From NCBI GenBank assembly GCA_049999805.1, contig JBNGIO010005131.1, positions 1 to 34,655 on the forward strand: a stretch of DNA of 34,655 nucleotides. Reading direction: 5' to 3'. The DNA comes from Folioceros fuciformis (taxonomy: Eukaryota). Both the position numbers and the translations under genes were made by a program. This document shows positions 19,086 to 29,246 of the stretch, one piece after another. The notes under the pieces are model-generated. The model searched no databases and had not been told where the DNA came from. It worked only from the letters and a program-made list of their open reading frames with translations. Numbering within the stretch: position 1 is the stretch's first letter; every line of letters begins with the position of its first letter.

Positions 19086-21851
19086 TCAACCTGAAGCAAG
19101 CGCCTCAGTTGCTGCCTCTTGTTCCTCATCATCGACACTGGAAAATTTGTAACTGTCATATACCTGCAAAAACATTTCTCTGCAAGGCACAACGGATTGC
19201 AGCTTGATGCAGGCCAGGAATGCACCCGACAGCTTTCTGTGCAGACTGTAAGCCTCGTCGGGGGGTGGAGTCAACCTATGCCTCAACATCGTAGCACCCA
19301 AGGCTGAAACTCGTCTCGTCAGATCCGTTGACCGGAAATCATACCCTCCGAAGTTTGCGAATGGTAATCCCACCACAAAGGCAGCTTCCACGTGTGCGTC
19401 CAGCATTAACTTCGTTTCCTGGCCAGTGAGGAAGCCCAGCTTCACGGACATCTCTATCACTTTGGCTCTATCTTTGTCTGCACAAGCCCGGACCTGTTTG
19501 TACATGGCCAATTTAGAAAAGGCCAAACGAGGGGCGCGGACACACTTAGAAAGGAGAATTGATAACTCTTACCATCTGTAGATAATTGTCCACAAAATGC
19601 TTTGGGTAGTTACGTGCAGCACCGAAATCGATGAGGTTGATAGTGTCGGTCGACTCGTCGTACAGAAAATTGCCCCAGTTGGGATCAGTCTGCAACGTCG
19701 ACACAGCAGATCCCATGAGCTTGTTAACACCTGGTTAGGATTATGTCTAACGCTGTTTTACAGTAAAGTCAAAACTTGCCTGCATGAATCGAAACTCAAA
19801 TAGTTCTGTGAGAGTCAGCCTCAGAAGCCGAACGGCCACACTATTACGAGTCTCTTGACTTAGTTTCGCCACTTTGTCAATAGACACTCCTATTAGTTCA
19901 CAAGCAGAAAACAGACTCAGGTGAGACTGCTTCAATGCCTCCCCAGAAGAATAAACTGTTGAAATGATGGACTAGTCAGGCAAGCTATACCAGGTACAAG
20001 TTCGGATGTCAGCACCCGCATGCTACAAAACTCATCGATCACTTCTGGTACGTGCAAACCCCTCTGGCTTGATAGAAGCTGTTTGAATCTTTTCTGATTT
20101 GATGCCTCTAGTTCATAGTTGCATTCTCGAGCCAGTTCGTCTTTTGCAACCTGAAAGAGAGATGCAGCAATAGTAAGAATCCAAGCCAGAGCTTGGGACC
20201 ATCAACTTACAAGCAAATGACGGTCTTCCGAGTGGTGTGCCGTGCAGCTACCTTCATGGCCTGATCCAGGTAGAGACCTTCAGGAATTAAGTTAGTGTAA
20301 TCCAACAACCGCTTCACATTTTCAATATCACTATTGATGCTGTCTGCAACCCCAGGGTACTGAACCTTCATAGCAACAGTACGCCCATCTTTCAACGATG
20401 CTCTATGCACCTGGTACCACAGCACCTTGAAAATCAGGAACGAAGACTTCCTCAAGCGACAACCATTGTAAGGACACTCAACACATTGACATCTGATTTA
20501 CACCATGAGACAAAGTTAAATCTTGCTGGTCCGGTACCTGGCCAATGCTTGCAGACGCAATTGGTTCGTCTTCAAAACTGTCCACTCGATCTCGCCAATC
20601 AGGCCCCAGTTCATGTGCAAGAACCTTGTTCAACTGTCGCCTCGGCATCACATCTGCTCCTTGCCGGACACTTTCAAGTGCTGCCAAAACCTGCACGGAT
20701 GTTAGAGATTCCCATCTACCGCCCAGCATCAACAGAGGGCTAGCCGTTGCTTATCCACAATGCAGTATTATAGTAAACACGCCATCAGCCACATGGCAGA
20801 CGCACACCTGAGGAGGAACAATCGATTCATCCTGTATGCTTAGCATTTGACCCAGTTTCAAAGCAGCTCCTCTCATACGGCACAGTGCAAGTGCTAGACG
20901 CTCAGCGTTCTGCTCAGTGATGAATGGAGATAGACCAGCTGTTCCAACATTTTCTCCCTGCCCCTCCCATAGCCTCTTAACTGACTCCTGCAGAGTGCCC
21001 CAAGCCAAACCTGCTCCAAGTCCTGCAAACCTGGCCATGAGAGCCCAATTAGTGGCAGTGATGAACACATGACAACTCTAGGAGGAAGACAAGTCCTCCT
21101 AGTAAAGAAGGGCCCCAGAGAACCGTAGTAGATCTCACCCCAACACCCTTCCAAGAGAAGTCGATGGTACATGTCTCTCTCTTGGTCTCCGTCTCTTCAC
21201 CACTGGCTCACCAGCGCCTGAAAGGTCCCCTGCACCAAGCTTCCGCAGTGCTACATCCAGTCCCGAATCCTGGCGCGCAGATGCTGAACTTGTGCCTCCG
21301 GTTGACCCCTGCTCTTTGGCCTTAAGTCGGGCCGCCGAGCCAACATCTGCAGAAGTAGCCCATTCATCCCTCTGAATCCTATCAGAATTTGGCGTCGCTG
21401 GATCAATGATAACACCCAATGGTCCTTCATGCGGTTCTAAATCATTCACTTGCTGCTGACGAGACTCGCTACGCGCATTTCGTCTTGCTCTCTTGTCGAG
21501 CTGTAAAGACACAGTCTTTGCCGATGTCTGACTCGTATCCTCCCTTCGTCCTTCTTTTTCCGTATGTCCCTCTGTAGCAGACCCTTTGGTCACCCTAACA
21601 TGCTTGACACCTTCATGGCTGACGGATGGATCTAAGCCCTGATAAGAATGAAGGCGACCCCTTGTCAACCCAGTCAATTCTGTTGCAGCCTGAACTAGGC
21701 CTTTCACAGTTGCGATAGCAGATCCTCTCACATCTCCAGCTCTGAGGCCGTTGATGACTGGAGCTGCAGAAACAACCTCCCTCACCACCAAACCCACACC
21801 GGCCGCAAGCCTGACAAATTCCTCCAGGCCGGACACTCCCTGTCTGGCCAT
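19086..21851 (-). CDS. ABC1: Mitochondrial ABC1/COQ8 atypical kinase (UbiB family). Exons 21851-21139, 21030-20808, 20690-20538, 20410-20252, 20150-19991, 19889-19780, 19689-19573, 19493-19086; 680 aa
   Basis: [27 protein letters not shown] (KxGQ motif), [37 protein letters not shown] and [19 protein letters not shown]. The CDS is 2043 nt, with one GC-AG intron. Confidence 0.96.
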
Positions 21852-23329
21852 TACACTCCAACAACCAAACCTTCGTTACCAAATAACAACGCATTTCCTG
21901 CAGAGACACCAGGATTAGGGTTCATTCCTCATCCAATCTGATGGTCCAGCAGGATGCAGGCCCAAATGACGCAGATTCTTCCCCACGGACCCCGACTGCG
22001 ACTGTGTCGCGTCCCACATTATTCCGCCAGCAAAGAAGTCTGAGATCGGAAGTCCTTCACCGGGAGGTCAAATCTCCAGGTGTGGATTTGCAGAAGAACA
22101 TTCACAGCAAGCAACGGGCGCATCTCACAAAATTGCCCTCCCCATGCGCTTGTCGCTGTGGCCTTTCATCCAGTCGGACATCAACCACACTCCAAAGGGT
22201 GATCCAGAGCACACATCGGATCGCGGTACGAATGCGCTGTTTTGGGGCGGAATCGAAGCATTTGATCGCAACTCCGCACCTAATTTGTTTCGATGGTAAA
22301 CGTGGAAATCCTTGGGCCGCAGAAAGATCCCGGACAAGTGTCAAAACCTCATGGTACAGGGAGCCAGCTTGTGTGGCACGTCCGAAATTCAGACCGTGGC
22401 TGTTAGGTCTTCAGACGACACGATTCACATAAACCTCAGATTCACATGTCGGATGAAGCGGCTCATTGACGGAAGCATGTCGCATCCGATAGAGTTGGTT
22501 TCCTGAGGCACAAGATCAACAACTTCACGGAGACATTGAAGCAACCCGGTGAAAGGTGTCGTTATATCATGGTATTTGCGAGACTGGTTTCCCTGGCTTC
22601 TGAGCAGCATACCACCTATCTACAGGGACGGTGATGGCAGATCCTACATGGTACCAGCTAATCAATCGCTAGCTGGAAAGGTGACAAGATATCGTAGAGA
22701 AAAGACCTTTGTCACTATGTCGGAGCTCAGCTATGTCCTTTGCCAGATTCCTCACACGACTGCAACAACATACATTGAATTTTTTCTTTAAGAGCTATAC
22801 CTTTCATCTCGACTTTAGGTTAACCATTGACTCCAGCATTGTCTGCCGCCGGCACCATCAGGTATTAGTGGCCCGCAATATCGGCAGATCCTATCGACAC
22901 GATCGACCTGGTTCAGGACTAGCAGCCCCTAAATTACGTCTGTTGCTCGTGTCCTCTGCAGTGGGCCCTACACTCTTGCGGATTTCTCCTTCTGGGAGGG
23001 ATGGCCTCTTCACCCTGAAGGAGGGCGGTTGGAAAATTGATATACGGGGAAGACCCAAAACATTGAAACATCGGTGTCGGCCACAAGGAGTTTACACAGT
23101 ACAGGCAGAACACCTCGTTTTTACAAGGGACAGCTGCACATGCGGCGGAGGAGAGGGGGGAATAATGTTCCAGATCAAGGGTTTTAGCAGAATATCGTAG
23201 TCTCCTGAGACAATATTGTGATCCTCTGGGATACCTTGCAGGTTTGGAAGGTAATGCCTGTCTCGCACCTTGTAGTGGGGTCAGAGGATGGTGGAAACAG
23301 CAGGGCTCCTCTATTCTCGCTAGAAGACT

Positions 23330-24723
23330 ATGGAGACTGTGTGCGTCACCGGCGCTTCAGGATTCGTTGCCTCCTTGCTTGTGAAGCGCCTGCTCGAGAA
23401 AGGCTACAGAGTGCGAGGAACAGTGCGTGACTTGGGTACTGTAGTGTGGCATCTCGCTCGTTCAGTGAGTGGGATGGAGGTATTCCTTGTGAAATGTGTA
23501 ACCTTGGTGTGCTTGCGTGATGGCACACACATTGCAGGCAATGAGAAGAAGACTGCACACCTCTGGGCTCTGCCCGGAGCTGCAGAGAGATTACAGCTCT
23601 TCAGAGCAGAGTTGACGGAGGAAGGAAGCTTTGACGAGGCCATCAAAGGTTGCACGGGTGTGTTCCATACAGCCACTCCAGTCGTTTTTTATGAAACTGA
23701 CGACCCAGAGGTGACGAAGCTGAAATCTGCTGTGCTTCCTCAAGACTGGCTGTTGCATCACTTGAGTAATTGGGATGGATGTGGTACGCAGAGGGATTAC
23801 ATCAACCCAGCTGTGCAAGGGACACTGAACGTACTCAAGGCCACCCTGAACGAAAGCTCGGTGAAACGCGTGGTTGTCACGTCATCCATTTCGACTATTC
23901 GAGTAAGGGATGACCTTCCCGATCGCCTCTTAGACGAGAATGATTGGAGTGAAGAAGATCAATTGCGTGCAAAAAAGGTTCTTCCCGTTGGCACATGAAA
24001 CATTGTCAGGTGTAGGCCGTATCCATGCACTTGCTGACATCTCAGTTCTGTCACAGAACTGGTATGCCCTGTCCAAATCGTTGGCAGAGAGAGCAGCATG
24101 GGACTTTGCGAGGAAGAATAACATCGACCTAGTCGTTGTGATTCCAGCCTTCATCCTTGGTCCCTGCCTGCAACCAGATCTCACGCTCAGCATGACAAAC
24201 TTTCAGGCAATATTCAAAGGTCTGACGTACCAAAATGCAGAGCCTGTTGTTCCAGTGCTGGCAAGACCTGGGCTGACCTTCCTCTTACATGCAGGTGATG
24301 TGGCTTGGATGAACCAACCCGCCTATTCACGTCTCGTCATTGTCCATGTGGAAGATGTAGTGAAAGCCCACATTCTGGTGTATGAAGAACCATCAGCAAA
24401 TGGGCGGTACATCTGTTCTGCAGTGAACCTGACCAGTGCTGAGGCTGTCGCACTTTGGCAGCGGAGATACCCTGGATTCAGTCCACAAATCGAGTAAGTC
24501 AAGTCCTGCAAAGTAACTGGCTTTACCGTTTGGCTCCTAGTAACTTATGGTAACTTGTGTGCTTTACCTTTGAACTCGCAGACCCGATCAGCTTGTAAAA
24601 CCAAATTATCCGGGCCTGAGTAACCAGAGAATCGTGGATCTGGGACTGCAGTTCCGTAGCCTCGAAGCCATTTTCGACGATGCTGTTGCAGAGCTCACAA
24701 GGCGAGGGTGCTTGTCTCATTAG
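23330..24723 (+). CDS. NAD(P)-dependent SDR reductase of the DFR/CCR/TKPR family. Exons 23330-23435, 23538-23710, 23792-23977, 24057-24219, 24295-24493, 24582-24723; 322 aa
   Basis: Rossmann motif VCVTGASGFVAS, GCTGVFHTATP, RVVVTSSIS, catalytic WYALSK and VHVEDVVKAHILVYE. Six-exon layout with a 969 nt CDS. Confidence 0.95.
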
Positions 24724-25446
24724 AACCAAGTAACGTGGGAGAAGGAAAGCCTTTGCCCCAGAAACATGAATGAAAGCTAATGTCTCAGCAAGAGCCATTT
24801 TCCTTCTCAAGGGTTGCGAGGATACTCTCCCTCCCCCTTCCTCGGACGGGAGGAAGGTGACGGCAATTCAATGCCCACGCTATAATGCCCTCTTATGTTT
24901 TGGAAAGTGAATTGCTAGTTGTGGGAACTCATATGCTACAGTGTGACATTCCTCTCCGCCAGAGGCCTTGCGAATCTGCTGCATATCGAATACTTGAACA
25001 TCAGCTTGCCTCCTGACCAGGCCGAGAAGGAGGCAGCGCTATCCACAAACCCACATGTCGCCGTATGTCAAAGCAAACTGGCGTCACCATGTCATTTGTG
25101 GTCGAGTCTGGGGATGAGTAAGTTTAGGTGGAGACTCAGTACACGAACATGATACATCCATACATGTACATACTGGGGGATGTGGGTACATTGCGTGATT
25201 TGAGTTTCAATCTGACCCCTCCCTACCAGGAACAGAAAAAAAAAACTGGCCAGGGGTCTCTCTTTCATTGTACGGTCGGATATTCCGTAATCTTCTTGCT
25301 TCGACATGTGGCCGATGTCCGCGAGCTTCTTGTGAGGCGTGCGTGCGTTTTGGTGGCGTGCCACGAACAGTAGCTCTTCGCCCGAGCATGCTGATGAGAT
25401 GACATGTTTCTGGGGGCAGGGGGTGGTTTCACCTCGCGAAGAAGAC

Positions 25447-26859
25447 ATGGCCGTCAAAATCGAGGAGAAGAATTCTCGTCGCCTTGTTTCCTCTTACGCT
25501 TCTTTTCTCTTCCATTTCACGTCCTTCTGCCTGTGAGTTCTCTTTCTCTGAAGATAACTTACAACATCGTGGACAGCAGCAGGGCTAGCTTTCTTCCACT
25601 TGTTGTCATGGTTAATTGTTAGCTGCACACTGAGGGGTTAAATTTCGTCAGAAAGCTGGTTTGCAGTGTGGACTACCATGTGAGCAATTCGCGCTAACAC
25701 ACGAATTTCTTGAGTGCGTGATTAGATTCCTGGGCATGTTTTGTTGGCACTTCGGTAGCAAGGCTGGTTCGCTCCCGCAAGCGAGAGGCTTTGGGTGGTT
25801 TTCTAAGGTGCATTCTGACTCTCAATGGCCTCTTGACGAGGAGATAGGTGTTGCGGCCCTCACAGTCATTCATGGGTGTGAACCTTTGTTTTTAACGCAA
25901 CAGATGCACTTTGGTATGCAGTATCTTACGTTCTGTGGATTCACGTTGCAACTCATAAGCCTCCTCTTCTGTGTGCTTTCTCATCTCTTACCTCAGGTCT
26001 ACTCTAATCTCTGGGAGAATATGTGTTTTTCTTCGTTGCTCCTCACTGAGTGAGCTTGAGCTCAGTAGTGACAACGGTTTATTCCCCTAGTGCAGATCAG
26101 GACACTGAGGGCCTACGCAGACGATCTCTCATGCGCAAGTTTTGTGATAGCAAACGTTGTCTCTTGTTTATACTGGTCCATTTTTGTGGCAACAACAAGA
26201 CACGTGGATAAAAGTGGGCTCAAGGTCCTTGGCCTGTAGGTTGCATCTGCCATCCAAGTGCAGGTTTCCTTATCTCTTGTTTATTTCAAGCCCTACGTCG
26301 TTTCTCCAGGCTATGGGATAACTGACCGGCAAATTTGTGGTTTGCAGAGAGTTGACCTCCCCATTCTGGGTCACTCTATTCATGCATGTAGGGAACGCCG
26401 TTGTGGCGTGGATTGATGTGCTCATATCCGAACGCAGTTTCAGGTGCTGTTTTTTCACCAGCCTCTTGTACAGTTGACAGCGTCTATTCCCGGCCCTGAG
26501 AATGTCAAGCATGTCTGCTAACACTCAAAACCTCCTGGTCCAGAAACGAGTCTTTTTGGATCGACGTTGTGTTTTCGGTGTCCTATGTCCTCTGGCTCCA
26601 CATTTGTGCAGCTCGGAACAAGGTGAGTAGTTTTAGCAGGTTTGTCGTAGCACTGGGCATCATATTCCGTAAGACACTGAGCCTGCGTTGCTAAGTGCAG
26701 GTGTACCCTTACCCTTTCCTCAATGCCCTCCCTCAGCCGGCTGGCTTCATTGGCGTATCTCTGGCTGGTTTCACCGGGGTCTGTTTCTTTTCTAGGATAG
26801 GTGCAATTTTGGCCAGGCAGATGTCACCGCAACTGGAGAAAAAGTTTAAGAGTTTGTAA
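25447..26859 (+). CDS. FAR-17a/AIG1/ADTRP-family multi-pass membrane protein. Exons 25447-25532, 25726-25807, 25922-25996, 26096-26235, 26348-26443, 26544-26622, 26701-26859; 238 aa
   Basis: The spliced product has about 6 hydrophobic segments and the motifs GFGWFSKYLTFC, LYW, MHVGN, YVLW and YPYPFL. The CDS is 717 nt. The exon 4 donor (ct|gtaggt) was inferred to keep frame. Confidence 0.75.
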
Positions 26860-27146
26860 TTTTTTGTGATGGTTATTGTTCTGCAAAGTTACAAATGTAG
26901 TGTAAGGGTTTGCGCACCGGCCGGCGAAGAAAAATGACTCGCTGAACTCTTGAACCCAAGTGTATCGCGGCGGCACAGGTCCACAATCTACCAGAGTGTT
27001 CGGTTCCACAGACTACCAGCGGGTTCGGTCAAGTTGTAAACGAAGCGTTAGCTTTCACAGGTACAATCTCGTGTAGGTACATTCCTTTAAAACATCACCC
27101 TCGACAAAGTTTAATGTTTGCATAAATTGCTTTGGCTGCGGTAGAG

Positions 27147-28290
27147 CTATACTCCGAGTTCCAGGGAGGCTAAGCGGGTGCCTTCCAGGCGCGCAGCGAT
27201 CTTGCGCACGGCGATGTCGCGGGCGAAGTCCGGTGATCCATGCTTCGGCTTGACGTCGCAGCTGAAGGGGGAAAACCCGCAGTCATCCGTCGCTCCCAGG
27301 CGGTCGACGGGGATGTACTTTGCAGCCAGGAGGAGATCGTTCTTCACCTGCTCGGGATTCTCCACTTCCGGGGTGAGCGGGTCGATGACGCCGATGAAGC
27401 AGACTTGGGGAACCCGTTGGCGTTGTCGCGGCTATACTTTCCGCACAGCTTGTACACGCTCTCCTTGTCCTCCTCGCTGGCGGCCTGGATGAGAAAGTAT
27501 CCGGCATTGAGCTGAAACATCCGGCTGAGCAGAAGCTCATGCGGCACTTCTTTGCTGTGCACGGAATCGCAGTCCCCGCCGGGGCAAGTGTGAATGCCGA
27601 TGTTGCGCCTCTCCTCCGGGGAAAAGCGGTCCAGGACGCGATTGTTGAGCGCGATGAAATCCTCCAGCATGTTACGGCCGGTCCAAGGATTCCGCGAGTC
27701 GTTTTTGTTCGCCAGCCGGCCCTCCGTGAAGTCGATGGACACTCGCACCGCGCCCGCTTGGAAGCACTGCCGGATGTCCCTCTCCACCTCCGCCACCACG
27801 TCGTCGAAAAACTGCTCCCGGCTGTAGTGCTCGATCTCGCCTTCCAGCGGGTAGAGCAGGGACATCATGGACGCCGATATCACGGCTTGCTTCACCGGCC
27901 GCTTCGCGATGGCCACGTTCTTGGCCACGAACTCCGAAGCGTACGTTTTGTAGCGGAAGGGCCCGGAGGTGAGCCGCGGGAGCTGGCGGTGGTGGCCGTC
28001 GTCGAAGATGGCAAAGAATTGGCCGTCCCCGGCGAGATTGGACACCATGCCCGTCCCCGCCCATGTGTCCGTGATCGAGTAGGTCGCAAAGCTCGATTCT
28101 CGCTGCTCCCCGTCAGTTACGATTGGCTCTCCCACGGCTTCCAACCGTCGAATTGAGTCCTCCGCTGCCTCATTTTGCTCTCCTCTAGGAAGGCCTCCAA
28201 GGTAATGCTGCCTTTGTCGTATGCCTCGAAGGCCTCCTGCAGCTTGAGGGGCCGCGGTAGTGAGCCTACTAGCTCAGTCGGGATCGGCAT
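27147..28290 (-). pseudogene. Intronless MetE-core (cobalamin-independent methionine synthase catalytic-barrel-only) gene of microbial type, with two frameshifts; about 380 aa reconstructed
   Basis: MPIPTELVGSLPRP start, TDGEQRES, GIHTCPGGDCDSVHS (HxC zinc motif), FIGVIDP and TDDCGFSPF. Frameshifts lie near 28180 (CTA GAG GA GAG CAA) and near 27412 (AAC GGG TT CCC CAA, one G short). Confidence 0.85.
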
Positions 28291-28592
28291 GTCGCTCCTC
28301 CTGAAAGTGTAAACTATGCAAGTCGCAGCAGTAGTTCATCACTTTCAATCTGCGTAGCCGTACCTCTGCCGTGGCAGATATGTACCGAAGACACACGCAA
28401 GCTCCCTTCCCAGAGAGATAAGAAAGGCAAAGCAAGGACAATCATAGCATCCATCCCATCAACCATGAGCCGCGAGGACACGTTCAACTGCACAGCCGGG
28501 ACCTTTCGTCAACCAACCACGGCCAACGCCAAATATACAAATCTGAGACAGGGACGATAGCGACGACGAGGTCCCCCCCAGGACGAGTATGG

Positions 28593-28994
28593 ACCACAAG
28601 TGAGATCAGAAGTTTCCATGCTCGTCGCGGAGGACATAAATGTGGATACCTCTCAACGCTGTAACTCGTCTTCGAAGCTGCAGTGTTCTGGCAGAATTAG
28701 GGGACGTACAGTCCGAATGCAGGAAAGAGACACGAAGGAGCCTCAGGTGGCCAGCACTGTTGATCACCAGCTTATTTTAACAGTCGACTCCGTGGTACCA
28801 GGAATCGCCTGGCACGGAGAACGCAGAACTGCACGGTAACGTACATACCGGGGTCAGCACCACAGGTAAGATCAGAAGTCTCCATGCGAGTCGCGAGGAC
28901 ACAAATATGGATACTTCTCCACGCTCTAACTTGTCTGCGAAGCCGCTGCGTTCTCTCATAATTAGGGGATGTACATTCCGAATGTAGAAAGAGA
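28593..28994. repeat. Diverged direct repeat of about 137 bp (28593-28730 and 28859-28994), followed by A15 at 29011-29025
   Basis: Shared collinear blocks accaca.gt.agatcagaagt.tccatg, tggatac.tct, aattaggggaYgtaca.tccgaatg and gaaagaga. Confidence 0.85.
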
Positions 28995-29054
28995 ATTTGA
29001 AGACTTTATTAAAAAAAAAAAAAAACGAGATGGGAAGTTCCATCTACCCGTGAA

Positions 29055-29246
29055 TGTGACAAAGTGGAGAAAGGAAGTTGTGGTCACTGATTTTGATTTC
29101 TGGTTGAATGTCAGCAAGATGTACAATCAAGAGGCTACTTGTAGCATCTTGAGGAGTCAAGTCTCTCGAGGAGACACGTCTATTCACCTAACGAGTCACA
29201 AACTTCGATGGGTTGCAGCTTACATGAATGCATCACTGCTCAAACA
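29055..29246 (-). repeat. 3' LTR (192 bp, TG...CA)
   Basis: On the minus strand it reads TGTTTGAG...GTCACA and is directly preceded by a purine-ending tract (GAGCTTAATGGGG, PPT-like). It is homologous to 33883-34165. Confidence 0.92.

Noticed and set aside
21941-23200. Several 60-163 aa ORFs between ABC1 and the reductase
   Set aside because: No motif recognised in any frame examined, so treated as intergenic DNA between divergent genes.
27539-28156. 205-aa plus-strand ORF
   Set aside because: Antisense shadow of the GC3-rich MetE-core gene.
27400-28190. Programmed frameshifting or micro-introns explaining the MetE-core frame breaks
   Set aside because: Homology continues across both sites with 1-2 nt offsets, there is no room for an intron and no canonical slippery heptamer. 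Simple indels or sequencing errors are more parsimonious.
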